A program made the position numbers and the translations under genes. From Lama guanicoe (taxonomy: Eukaryota), in the NCBI GenBank assembly GCA_013239625.1, contig MU054212.1, positions 4,560,270 through 4,624,269 on the forward strand: DNA of 64,000 nucleotides. Reading direction: 5' to 3'. The notes below the pieces were generated by a model that saw only the letters and a list, made by a program, of their open reading frames with translations, did no database searches and was not told the origin of the DNA. Within the stretch, counting starts at the first letter, position 1; every line of letters starts with the position of its first letter. Below, piece by piece: positions 1 to 13,072 of the stretch.

Positions 1-1719
1 CTGTGGAAATTCTTAAAGTTTGAGTATGAGATAACTGAGTAACACTCACTTCTACCCAATCTTTCCCCACCGTTTTAAGTAATGAGGCAGCATGGCCATC
101 TCTCACTTAACATTTTGCAGTTATAGTTTGTTCAGCCGGGGGTTACAGACTGGATTCATAAAACAAGAATGTATTAACTTCAAAGAAAAGGATGATGAAG
201 ATAAATTGGGAAATGTCTAAATGAAATTAAAAATTATTACTTTCTCAGAATTCAGAGAGTGGCTGGCTGTAGTATGCAATATCTAGTTAACAGCATTAGG
301 AATTAAAGGTATGTAACTGATAAGATGGATGTTTTATTTTGGGGGATACAACTTGGGCAGTTTAAAATAAATATTGTAATGATTGATCTTCCTGAAAGTG
401 CAAGTGCTAAGTGACGCTTGATGTATGATATCAACTTCCTGCCTCTGGCACTGATAGATGGTCCTTACATTTCTTGTAATAAAAAGACGGTCAAGCCTTC
501 GATTACATGTATCACAGTGCTGCAAACAAAGAGTGAAAATGAGTGGGAAACTCTACTACCTCCATCTTTATATTAGCCTAGACCAAAACTATTTCGGCCA
601 CGTGTGCTGACAATGGAAGATATCATTACAGATTAATGAGACTTGAATTACACTATCGAAGTAAAGGAACAGGGAGAGTGGATATCTTGCTCCTCTTGAT
701 ATTGCAGACGCCTGGTTATGTCTGGGAGTATGAAGGAGCTTCTGAAACATTATTAATAGCTCTATTGACATTCTGATTAAAGGTAATTTTTCAGCAAGCT
801 TGGGTGTCATTCAGTAGAGACTTTATTGGCTCTTTATCAGCAATTTCAAAGAAATACTTCAATTAGTAATGTAATAATATGTCTGCAGTCAGGGTGTTTA
901 TGAAAATTATGCCTCCGCTCAGCTCTGAATTGTCTTACAGATAGGAATTTGCCTGTTTGAAACAGGGTCATTGTGACTCTTCAGGCTACAAGAGTAAAAC
1001 AATAACATTAGATGCCTAAGGAAATCAGAGTGCTTTGGCTGAATATCCTCTTGTTGGTGCCCAGAGTTACTACAAGCCAGCTCTTAATTTCCTAGACTAC
1101 ATCTAAAACAGCGTCTTCTAGTGGGCTCTGTCTTTTATTCCGTTCAAAATTAAAAAATGCATTACTCTTTGAGTTTCTGCTCTTTTTAATTTTGTAATAA
1201 TACATATTTATTTGTTCCTAGGATAAAAGTGAGTCATAGACTGATAAAGCTCATAGTTGGATATTTCACTAGAAAACCATTCAGAGTTTTGGATACAGAG
1301 CGTCAAACTGAGATCCTATGGGAAATAGAATCCCTAAGTTTATTGTTTTCTGGAAACCAATACTGTCATCTGGTAATTAATTTAAGCTGCTGCATATTAA
1401 TGTGACTTTATAATCCTCTGTGCTTCACCTTATTAATAACAACTTCCCTAATGTGAGAAGGTGTTACATGAATTTACATCCAACTTAATAAAACACTGGG
1501 ATAAAGGGCTGAATGGAGAGGGGTGGGCAGGAAGAGAAGCTTTTCCTCTCTGTAGCGTATGTGTGTGCTTTATCATATATGTGTGTTGAGTTTTCTTTTA
1601 AAACTTTACATCTGAATTACAACATAGATAAATAGACAGATAGTAGATATTCATTTAGTAGAGATATACATGATATATATATATATACGCACATATTTAT
1701 AAACTCAAAAATACACCAT

Positions 1720-2540
1720 CAGAAATATGATATAAATTTCCACAAAGTAAAGACACCAATGTAAATACCACCCAGATTAAGAAGCTGAATGTCACCCAAG
1801 CCCGGGAAGCTCCCAGTATTCCCCTTTGAGTCACTCCCTCCGTAACTACTATTCTGACTTCACATGGCAGACATGAGTGGTGCCTTTTTTTGTTTTACGT
1901 TTAATATAAATGGAATCACCGTAAGTTCCTTGTCTGGCAATTTTCGTTAGACATTGTTTGTGAGAATCATGTGTATCGTTGCATATAATTGTAGCTCACT
2001 GTTAGCACTGCTGCATAATACTCCACTATGGGGGTGATTTTATTTATTCATTCAGTGGTCAATATGGCATTCTGGGAATTTCAAGTTTGTGGTTACTACA
2101 GAATGTGCTGCTTTGAACATTCTGGGACATGCTTCATGGTAAACATGCACACATATTTCTGACTGATATATCACCAAGAGTGGGGGTTGTGTGATCTGCA
2201 TATAACCAGTGTTAGCAGACACTGTCTGAGAGTTCCCCAAAGTGGCTGTACACATATACTCATCCCAGCAATGTACGGGAATTCTATTAAAGGGAATTCT
2301 ACCTTCCAGAGATTTTTTAGCCATTGGCTGTCCTGTTTAGTAGTGCCTTTACTTCTTGTTTTACCTTTTTTTCCCTACAGTGTTGTCTTATTGATTTATA
2401 CTTCTTCAGATATTCTGGATATAAAGTTTTGATGGATATGTGTATTTAAATATTTTCTTCCTGTTCATGGCTTGCCTAGTCTCTCACTTAATTCTTTCTC
2501 TTGATGGACAGAAATCCTCAAATTTAATACAGTACAACTG
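1720..2540 (-). mobile_element. Ancient LINE-1 (L1MD/L1ME-type) 3' end, ORF2 C-terminus and 3'UTR remnant
   Basis: Antisense L1 hallmarks: 'taaataccacccagattaagaa', 'atataaatggaatcac', 'ccaaagtggctgtaca...cccagcaatgta', 'atattctggatataaag'. Boundaries approximate. Confidence 0.85.
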
Positions 2541-4509
2541 GGTAAGAAATAATTAACAGCAGATCTATCACTCATCCCCTCTCTACTGGAAACTACACGG
2601 AAGAACAACAATTACGATAAAATTACCTTGCAAGCAAGTTAGTGACCGTATACCAGAGCCTTCATGTTAGCAGCATTCACTAGCAGAAAGATAAAGGTTT
2701 ATGTCTTATTCACAGAATGATTTTTTAGTAAGATATACCAGGTCTCTCTAAACATTGAAAATAAACCTGGAAATTATGAACTTATGGTGCACAGATGACT
2801 GGATATTTAGGACACATATATAATGGGTAACTAACAGTGTGTAAAAACATGAAGAGACTCTAAAACCAAATGCCTCCCATTGTGTAAGTAATGTTTCTAT
2901 ACACAATGCGGAGACGTAAGAGTGTTTTGGAGACTCTCTCAGACATCTCTAAGAGAATAAATTCAGTTAAAATACTATCTTTTCTTGTAAAAACTTATTA
3001 TAATTATGGTTCTTTATTTCATATGTATATGTTATATATATAGGAATCTCCTCCTTGCTTTTTGTGAATGTTTGTGGGTCAATGTTTAACTGATATATCT
3101 AGGACATGGAATTCTTCCTGTAACAAACAGAATTACTGAATAAATTTTAAGAAGTTTTTTAAAATGTAATTTGAGAACATTAGTTTAATATACTGCATTA
3201 ACAGCAATAAGGATTCAGGAAACAAATTATGCAACAGGACTGAAAAAACTGGAAAAGGTTACAAGGGAAAAATGGACTTCATCCACTGTGTATTTTGGGA
3301 CATAAAGCTGATTAGGTAGGGTGAGGCAGAATATGACAGGTTTAAAAACTAGGCAGGGGAGTCGACCTTTGTGAATCAAATTCAATCTTCAGAACTTAAT
3401 CCCAAACCAAAACATAATGACAGTAGCTGTGTCTTTTCTTCCTTCTTTTTTGAAAAATAACAAAGAGGAGAAAAGATTTGGAAATCCTATTTATTATTAA
3501 TAAAGCAATAATACTAATTCTCCCAGTGTCTGAAATATGACTAAGGTTTTTATACCTTTAAAATTGACTTGATGGATAACATTTGTCCTCATTTGGGAAA
3601 ATTACTATGGAAAGAGTACACTGCAAGTGTGTTATTGAGCCTCACATACTTCACTGACCAAGGACCTTGTTAATCCTAATTCTGTGATTCTATAAAGTCT
3701 TTTCTATCACAAATACACACACAAAAATATTATCAGTGCATTTTGCTAGCAGTTTGGTACAATACAAACCATGAACATAGAAAAAATTGAGAAATAGATG
3801 TTTACCTTGTCTCATACTGTACCGCCCTTAATATTATTTGATTCAGTGAAGTTTTTTGATGAGAAATGAATAGACTACAACTCATGGCTAAGCCAGTGAT
3901 AGATGTTTAGGCTAGAGAAACTCTCTGTAATTTTTTAAAAGGGAAGCATATTTTACATAAAAAGCATATAGTTGTCAAAGTTAATACTTTGTTATATAAT
4001 TTTTTAAAAAAGCTGCTTTCAAGCCCAGATGGGTCACCCCATTTTGTTATAGAGGTTAAACACAGGAGTACTTACAGGCAGTGTCAGTACTTTCTGACTT
4101 TGTATCAAAAAGTACTTTCTGAAACATATTTATTTTTCAAAAAAGTACTTTATGAAGGCCGAGAATTCTGTATCACAAACATGTAAGGCATTATCTTAGC
4201 CTGGGAGGTATTTTGGGTGGGAGTAGCTAACTGCCTTCCTGTATCATAAAGAAACCGCAGCACGATTCCTGAAGGACACTTTTGTGCAAAACTGCAACCC
4301 AATGAATTCACCAGGATGAGTCAGCCACAAAATGCACCCTCTGATAATTAAATCTTCGAGTGGAATTGCTTATTATTATCACTCTGGATGCGGGAGAAGG
4401 TATACCAAAAATGCTGATTTTTCATTTCAGTTTATTGATTATGTGCTGTGCTTTCTGGTATTAAACAAAAAGTTTAGCTGAATCTGTACAACTATTTACC
4501 AAATTATAA

Positions 4510-5060
4510 AATCTGTTATTAATTATATATAAATAATACTAATGTGTGCATAAGGGAAAATATTCAAGCTGTGAGAAAGTAATTCTCTCCTTTTCTCCAA
4601 ATTTGGACCACTGCACAGAGATCTTGACTTCTAAATATTTCAATTGTTATTTATTTTGTGGGTCACCATTGTAATGTTAAAAATAACATTCTTTTATCTT
4701 TATTTTCTAAGGAATTCACTTCACTTCTGTTACCTTCCTGTTTCCTTGCCTACCATCATCTGATTTGATAGGTATATCCAATTTAAAACCATTTTTTTGG
4801 TCACCTTTGTAACTTCAGATGCTCTACTTGCATCTGTATTTCTCAACTGATGTCCATGATTCCGTGTTAATGTACCGTGAGTGAATTAGTAGGTAGACAT
4901 TCCCCTCCACCTCGACTTTCTCCTTTCTGTCAGTCTGCCATTGCTTTTACAGCGTTATAATGTTAAACATTTGACCTCTAATGCCTAAATCAAGAATTCT
5001 ATGTTTTGTCAACAGGATGAGTTCTATTTAAAGTGCTTTAAAGTTTACAGTTACACTACT
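4510..5060 (-). mobile_element. HAL1 (half-L1) 3' region, degraded
   Basis: 'ctgtcagtctgccattgcttttacagcgttataatgttaaacatttgacc...tatgttttgtcaacaggatgagttcta' resembles the antisense HAL1 3' region as I recall it. Confidence 0.5.
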
Positions 5061-5553
5061 ATCAATTAACTCAGATCTTTCATTTTATAATTTGAATGCA
5101 TCATTGCTTTAAGTGTCTTTTAACTCACAATCACAGCATAAATGCCTTACCTTGCCATATGGGGACTTTTTATAACAGCAGGAATGAAACAGAACGCTTC
5201 ATATTTGAGGGTTAGTTAAGACAGAGTTTTGTTCATACTTAACATAAATACAATTTATTTTGGAAATTGAATTCTAAGCTTATTTCATGAGGAAAGGCTG
5301 GGGCTATCTTTCAAAACATGTTTCAGCAGTTGAGAAAAAATAACCTGTTGCCTTAAGTTGTGTATTTACTCTTCCTGGAAGTGAAAGAACAGATGGTTTC
5401 ACAGCGCCCACTGTGGTTTGTTGGGATAGGAACTTGCACAGGGAAAAGAAGGGACTGCTTTTGTGTGTGTCTGTGCATCAGTGTTGGGGAGGAGGCTGCT
5501 GTTTGTAAGCATATTCAAAGACAAGGTTGGCTAGGGGTAAGCCTCTTTGTCAA

Positions 5554-5567
5554 TCAGTAGATGGCGG
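5554..5567 (+). promoter_or_regulatory. Candidate CTCF core motif
   Basis: TCAGTAGATGGCGG versus CCASYAGRKGGCRS: one mismatch, CpG retained, outside any recognised repeat. Confidence 0.35.
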
Positions 5568-6534
5568 AAACATAAAAGTTATTGATCACTGAGAAGTTTG
5601 AGTTTTTATAGCTAATAAACTATATAAAATTTCCATTAAACAAATCAAAGGGGAAACTTTGTGGAGTTTATTTCAGACTTTTCAAAGAGTTGTATCCAAC
5701 TGTAACCTTTGCAGTAGTGATGTTCTAAAGTATCACATGAATTGAAGGAGATGTGAAACTGCAGACAACTACCAAATACTCTATCAGAGCTGTATCAGTT
5801 TACATCCAAACTTCAGGTAAAATAATGCATTCCTGTGTGGTTTGTCTGCCAACACACTGACATTACAATACTGGTTTGTTTGTGTGTATGCTTGTGTGTG
5901 TGTGATTTTAAAAGGTTAGATATTACTTGATAAAATATAAAAGCCAGGATTGCTAATTATAAGAGCAAATGGCATTAAAATATTTATATATTTAGAAGAC
6001 ATAATCACACAGTAGCTACTGTATAGAAACAGAGAAAAAAACAAGGTGAATAGTTTCTTCTTATTTACCCACAAATATATATATATATATGTTTTTTTTA
6101 CAATTATATTTCTTATAGTGATGAATTACATGTCTCAGTGAAAGTTTGTATGATATTAAACAAAACCAATAAAATTAATATATTGAATTTATAGTTAGAT
6201 AAGGAAAGTCAAATTTATTTATTTAGCTTATTTATTTATTTTCTTCTTTATGCCAAAATTCTCTAAGAGATGATGGCTAACTAATCTAAAAACTTAACTA
6301 TTACTGATCTAATAGAAATTAAAATTTTTATTTGAGCTCCCAACCAGTTATGGGTTATGGACCTCTTAGAGGTTCCATATCTAAATCATAGTAATATTTC
6401 AAATAGTAGGGAAATTTGTCAGTTCCTTCTGAGTGGATACAGACTGGGCTTTGAGCCCCTTTTCACTGCATCTGTAATACAGCTCCCCTCCTAGGTGGTT
6501 CTGCCATGATTGCAATAACCCCATTTACCTTGGC

Positions 6535-6790
6535 AACATAGCATATAGTATATGAAGTCAGATACAGCTCGTTTTGAACTCTGGCTCTGACAGTTCATTG
6601 TTTGAAAAAAGCAAATTTACTTGATATATTTTGCTTTGTATAAAAATTTTGTACCCTTTCTGAACCTCAGGCTTTTTATTTGTTAAATGAGAATGACGCA
6701 GTCATCATCATTGGTTTGTTATGGGAATTGTGATCATGTTTTATGTGCCCCCTTTAAGAACTGGTACCGTCGACTGCTATCATATTATTC
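6535..6790 (+). mobile_element. MIR SINE, degraded
   Basis: 'gaagtcagatacagctcgttttgaactctggctctgac' and 'tctgaacctcaggctttttatttgttaaatgaga' follow the MIR 5' part and core. Confidence 0.65.
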
Positions 6791-7639
6791 CTGGGGAGTT
6801 ACTGGCCTAAGTAGATGACTGGGATTTACTTCCGTCCTGAACTACACTGAGTTCTAGGGGCTGCTGACGCTGCATCTGGGTTTACCACGATAGGCTTGTC
6901 TGTCTATCAGAAAATACGTCTGCCTCATAAGGTACAAGCAAAATGAGAGATATTTCTTGAGACGTGACGGGTACACCAGTTTCATTCCATTCAATTCTAT
7001 TCCATTCTATTTTTCTATCCCTAGCATGGTTGACTTTTCTGACTTCTCCCTAAATTTTAATTGCTGTCATGATTTTCGTGTCACGCTGCACCCTCACAGT
7101 TTTTTAGAAAGTGAATACATACACTTACATGTATATACATATACATACATAATGCACGTGTACACATGTATTTCGTACATAAATACATGCATACATCTAG
7201 ATACAGATATAGATACTAATAATTTTCCCTTTGGAATTTTTTGTGAAGAAATAATTAAGAAAAAGAGAGCAAAAAAGGGTATAGCATATTATGTAAAGGC
7301 TTGAGCTTGGATAACAGATTTTTAAAATGCTAAAGGAAATGAAGTCAAATTTGAGTTTTCCCTTTCCTTATCTCAGCCTTGTTTCATTTGTCCACTTGAA
7401 GATCTCAATAGCGTCAGTCATAGGCAGGTTCCAGACTTTGCTGAAGGTCAGCTTCCCCAACTGCAATTCCAATTGCTGGACTTCACACTAAGACTCTTGT
7501 TACTAGACAAATGGAGCTCTAAAAAACACTTTTCATACTCATGGCTCATTTAATATCAACATTCTCCTGGTTAGAAGATTACTATCTTTTCTATTTCCCT
7601 TGAATGGCCTTCCGTGTATGTAGTTTGGCTGAATTTAAT

Positions 7640-10600
7640 GACCATATAATATATTTATTTTTGAGAAAAACTTTAGATCTAAAAAATTTGAAAGAATAAT
7701 CTCTCGTACACTGTCTTTCTGTCACTTACTTATGAAATAAGTATGATGTAATCACTGGGCTTAATTTGATATTCTTATATTTTGGCAAGTATTACACTTT
7801 ATAGCATACATGTTTTATCCCTATATTTTACATATTTTATTGAACTGCTTATTTTTGTTCTATATATTTTTGAGAATAATTCACCTTAGAACATATACTT
7901 CACGTAAATCCATCTCACAGCTACTGAATAAATACTGTATCTATCTGCTTTTCATTTGATGGAAATTTAGATTATTGTCAACTTTTCTTTATTACAAGCA
8001 TTTCTGTGTATAGATCTCTTCACGTACTTGTATATGATTGCCTCTTTAGAGAAAATCTGCTAAGTCTTAGAGAATGCACATCTTCAGTTTTTCTATATAT
8101 TGTCCAATTACCCTTCAAATTGGTTGTACTCATGTAAATTCCCACCAGTGGTTTATAAAAAATATATTTGTTCCACAGTCTTGTCAAAACATGTTATTTT
8201 CAGACTAAACATTGCCAATCTCTGAGTGTGAAATTGTTTCTTCTTGTAGTTTCAACTTATATTCTTCTTAATATTACTGAGGTTAGACATTTTTAAACAG
8301 TAATCATATTTCCTCTCCTTTGACTTTCCTGTTGCTATATTTTGTCCATTTTGTTGGACTGGATTTTTATTTCCCTCCCTTCCTTTATTCTTCCTTCCTT
8401 CTTTTTTTTTAACTGCCCTTACCAGATTCACCATAGTTTATTTTGTATTCAGCATACTAGGTTTGTGTGTGTGCTATGCCTTGCCAGTGCCTCTCCCAAT
8501 CCCTGGATTGCCTCTGTGTGTGTGTGTGTGTGATTTTATACAAATACTTTCATAAAGTATATTTTATCATTTGTACTTTATGTATCTTTTTAAAAGTCTA
8601 CCCTGATCCAGGTGTCATAAATATATTCTGTTTATAGCAAAATTTTAAAGCTTTGATTTTCACATTGAAGCCTTCGTGTCAGACTTCATTTTTCTCTATA
8701 TAAGTGACCATTCTTTCAGTACCTTTAATTAAATACGCCATGTTCCACCCCTCCTAGCAATGCTGCTCATTTAAAATAATGAATTTCAATACATTGATGG
8801 ACATGATACTAAATGCTTTACTATTCTATTCTATCCTTGCCCATCTTATCCCATTTTATCCCATCCTTACCTCTCCTAACATATCTTATGCGATCCTGCC
8901 CTATTCATAGTCCATCCTAGCCTGTCCTGTTCATCTCTTGGGATGGGGCCAAAATGACACTGTCTGCTTATTTCTAAATTACTCATATATATTTATATAT
9001 ACAGTATCTATAAGATAGCTTACATCTTTATAATAATTAAAACTTCATTTGTTGTTTATGTCTATGAGAACCATCCTTCCTATTCTTGGACTCCTGTTTT
9101 CCCTAGACATGCTTTTAACCACCTTACTTACAACACTGTGTTCCTTAAAACCTAATTTAAAATTAATTAGAGAAGCAATACCCTTTAATATTTTGAGCCT
9201 TACTATTTATAAGCTCTTCATTTATATCTCTTTAATTAATTCTTCACTGAAGTCTTTCAACACAAATTTTATATAATTTCTATAGAGTTATTTACTCACA
9301 TTTGTTACAGTTATATGTATCATTTTCTATTGGGCTACAATTAAAATTATATTTAAAAATTGCATTTCTAATAGAAATGATTTATAGAAATGACATCCAG
9401 AAATCTTATTGTACAATCTTAACCTTATTATCCCATCATTTGTCTCTAGAGTTTATAAGATGTTCTCTGTGATTGTACCACAGTCATTCTTTAATTCCAA
9501 ATTTTTGTATTTATTTCCTTTTCTTAGTTGATTACTAGTTCCAGTATACATATTAGATATAAACCATGATAACTGTTATTTTTCTTACTTTCATATTTTG
9601 AAGGGTGGATTATGATTTTTACCACAAAGTGGTAAATACTATCATGTAATTGATCTGTGTCTTTTTTTTTAAGCTACCTTACACTAAGTTGAGAAAAGTT
9701 TATGATTTTCTTATTTATTTTTCCTATTCATTTATTATGCATTGGTGTCAAATTTTATAAAATTCCTGGGATAAATCTGATTTTGGCCTTTTTTGTTTTA
9801 ATTCCTTAATAAAAAATTTAGTTTGGGAATATCTTCGTTTGGGCACTTTATCTCTACATTCAAAAATGTGGTTTGAATTTTTCCATTTTATCCTCATCTT
9901 GTGGTTTCCAGAACAATGATGCTCAAAGTGTGATGTGCAAACTGGTGCCAGTTTTATGATGCTGGTTTTGAACTGCTTACTACTGGATTACAATGAAATA
10001 AGGACCTTCAGTCAGAATATATATAAATCTACTACACCGCTACAGATGATGTTTTAATTCACTCAATATTTTTTGATGCAAGAGTTTCTCAGTGAAGGAA
10101 GCAACACACTGATTTACATTTTAGTGCAAACTCCTTATCTCATTGCTGATTAGTAACAAGCAGCTGACTGGCTACGTTGAGTAACACTATTCCAGGCTAT
10201 ACTAGCTAAGAAATGGGTTGGGTAACAACTTTTTTCTACTTCCCAAAAGAGTTTTTAACAGTAGTTAGCAGTTTCTTAAAAGTTTAACAATTAAATTTTA
10301 AATCACTTTTTGAGGGTTGTTTTGTAAGTGTGTATTTGTCGGGGATAGATTTTAAACTGCTGATGGAACATTATAATAGTATTGTTATATTAAAATTTTT
10401 CCTTGAGTTAGTATTATTAAATTACCCTTTCTTGAAAATTTTTCAAGTCATTTAAATTTCATATTCATTTGAACAAACATATTCTTTTTGTTTTCATATC
10501 ATTTTTAGAGTCTTCTATATCCCTTGCATTGTCTCCTCTTTCTGGACACAATGATGTTAGATACGAACATTTTATTTTCTTTTCTGTAGCAATCTAGATA

Positions 10601-11450
10601 GAGGTATATCTGTATTAGTAGATTTTACATAGAATCTACTTTTGGTTTGTTAGTCCTTTCTATTTAAATTTTTTTCTATTTCATTAACTTCTATTCTTAT
10701 CTTATTTTCATTTTTCTTCTTTATTTCAGCTTACCCTGTTTTTTTTTCATTTCTGAAGTTGATTGCTTAAGTATTTAATTTAAAATTTTTTGATTTTTAA
10801 TATGCATTTAGTCTATAATTGTTTTTCACACAACATTTAACATTTTACATACATACTTAAGAAAGTATAGAGTAAATCAATACCTATAACCTCCAACAAA
10901 ATTATACAAGAATGATAAAGCATTGAAAAATATTTTATTCCCTTAATTTCTACATCTTATTGTTACCCAGCATTTTAGATTTCTTTCACATTCCAAATTA
11001 ATTATTATTGCTGTTATTTTTAAATCAATACTTATGTTTAGCTAATTTTACTAATTTTCTTGATGATCATTCTTCCTTATACCTCTTTTTAATCCTTCTA
11101 AATTCAATTTCCTTTCTATATTGTTGAGATTTACTCGAGATTTGAATTTTTCTCATCGAAAGCCTCTATTCCACTTTTTTCTATAATAATACCTTAGCTA
11201 TGCATAAATGTATTAGATTGTCATTTGCTATAATTATAGGCTGTCGCTGTTGTTTTCTCATAGTTTGAAAGGTATTATTTCACTCTCTTAAATGACTGTT
11301 CAGAAACCTGTAATTAGTCCTGGTAATCTTTCCTTCTTCTCTGGCCGTGTTTAAGATCTCTGTCATCTTTTGTGTTTTATAGATTTAGGACCGTATCTTA
11401 AGGAGCAGGCAGCTTTTTCTCTTTATCGTTGTCATCCTTTGGGATCTTGG
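7640..11450 (-). mobile_element. Long, highly decayed ancient LINE-1 (L1ME-type), 3'UTR through ORF2 into the ORF1 region, interrupted by MER5C1
   Basis: Colinear antisense L1 motifs: 'ttgtccaattacccttcaaattggttgtac...ttcccaccag', 'ttgccaatct', 'gaggttagacattttt', 'gatagaggtatatctgtattagtagattttacatagaatctacttttggttt'. ORF1-side 'gtttaagatctctgtcatcttttgtgtttt' near 11350. Confidence 0.75.
9914..10189. mobile_element. MER5C1-like hAT-Charlie non-autonomous DNA transposon nested in the L1
   Basis: Ends 'caatgatgctcaaagtgtg' and 'ttgagtaacacta' match MER5 TIRs (CAGTGCTACTCAAAGTG). Internal 'ctgatttacattttagtgcaaactccttatctc'. 8-bp TSD-like flanks ttccagaa (9906-9913) and ttccaggc (10190-10197). 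Confidence 0.8.
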
Positions 11451-12016
11451 TAGTTCCTCCCAAAATAGAACTATTCTAATGACACTTCAGTTACATATTT
11501 AAAGTAAACTTATTCAATGTTTTTCATCTTACTTTAGTGTTTTTTTTTTTGAAAATATTTTCAGGATGTTTAATCTGTGCTATTGCAAGAAATTAAGTAA
11601 CCACTAAATTTAGAAATTGTTTTGTTTATAAAACATATATAAAACTGCACTGTAACAACAGCAATTAAGGAAAGGTCATGCTCTGCAAGCTAAAATAGAA
11701 GAGAAACAATGAATAGTTTTATAATCAAGCACATGTAACTTCTCCAAAGAGGCAATATCTTCAGGGGGACATTAAAACACTTCAGAATGACAATTTAGCA
11801 GGAGAGTTTTATTTGATTTTATGATGAATAAATAGAAACATATTTGCTTCAATCTTCTGCAACAAGGGGAAAACCATTGAATGGAATATGGGTAGAGCAT
11901 AATCTTTAGTTACTGAAAGTTAAGTATCTGCCCTTAAACTGAAAGAGAATACCTCTTTAGAGATGGAGTTCCCTGAAGCTTCTCCAGGACATCAAGTAAG
12001 GAAACTGGAATGGGGG

Positions 12017-12048
<32 letters not shown>

Positions 12049-12559
12049 TCTGACTACTATCTACCACTTAGTTGTCCAAAGATATTTTAAGCCTTTTATC
12101 TATTATTCATTAACATGAAAATCAATGGATAAATATTTAAGCATATTTCAAATATTTTTCTTCCTAACCAAAATGTTCTTTTTTTTTCTTAACTCAACAA
12201 TGATCTTTCTGACGGCATTTAGTGAACATTATGTCATTATAGATTTCCTGTACTGAGACATCATGCTGATTCACAGAGCTGGAGGAGAGGTATCACACCA
12301 GGATGTGTCAGCCTCTGAGATTTGACTAGACACAATACGCTTAACAAGCCATATCAAGGAATTTTTTTCAGTGTAAAATCCCTTTTATTGTTTTTTTCTA
12401 TATGACTCTTCTGAAAAGAGTGTATGTCAAACATCTCACTGAAGAACTTACACCTGGGGCTGAAAGGGAACAGTTTGGATGAGATAGACATATTTGATCA
12501 GTACATTTTGGAAATTTTATGTCATAACATATTTAGAATAATTTTAAGTATATGTGAAA

Positions 12560-13072
12560 GCTCTTTAACATGTAAACGGACATACCGGAACAAAAATTAT
12601 TTAATACTATGTTGAATTATCAAAAATGAGTTCATCGAGATTCGATTTCATATTTTGTATTAAAACTTACTATTATTTGTGTAAAGGGTACAAAATTAAG
12701 AGTGCAGTTTGACTCTGAGCAGCACAACTAAGGAATTAAGAATTAAGGAGAGAGGAGGGTTACTGGAGTGGTATAAGGGAATGAAATCATTAATCCCTCA
12801 TGTCTAAATGTCAATAAAACTGTCAACAGAAACTGTCTAAATTTTGTCAGTATCTAATGAATATGAATCCTGAAGTACCAGTATAAGCTAGATGTTGAGG
12901 ATTTGGGGAGAAAGACAAGAAAATTTGACAAATGAAAAAATAAGTGTGATTGCCTCTAAAAAGAACTACAGTTGAGGCAGCTGCTGGATAAATGCTTTTC
13001 ATCAAATCTTCTGTGTGCCTTGGTTTTCCTTTCCTTTTTTAAAAACCCATGTTTATGCATCACTATGGAAAA
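12560..13072 (+). mobile_element. HAL1/L1M 3' end remnant
   Basis: 'aatccctcatgtc', 'gtgattgcctct' and 'cccatgtttatgcatcactatggaaaa' resemble the HAL1 3' terminus. Confidence 0.45.

Noticed and set aside
707..782. Plus-strand exon (ttgcag|ACGCC...TAAAG|gtaatt)
   Set aside because: Stops in all three frames, a modest polypyrimidine tract and no supporting partner exon; cannot be distinguished from a pseudo-exon.
8820..8940. Degenerate pentamer periodicity (ctatt/ccatc/ctgtc), and a similar (attcc)-like run at ~6980-7020
   Set aside because: Decayed simple repeats with no higher-order or spacer structure; not a CRISPR-like or satellite array.
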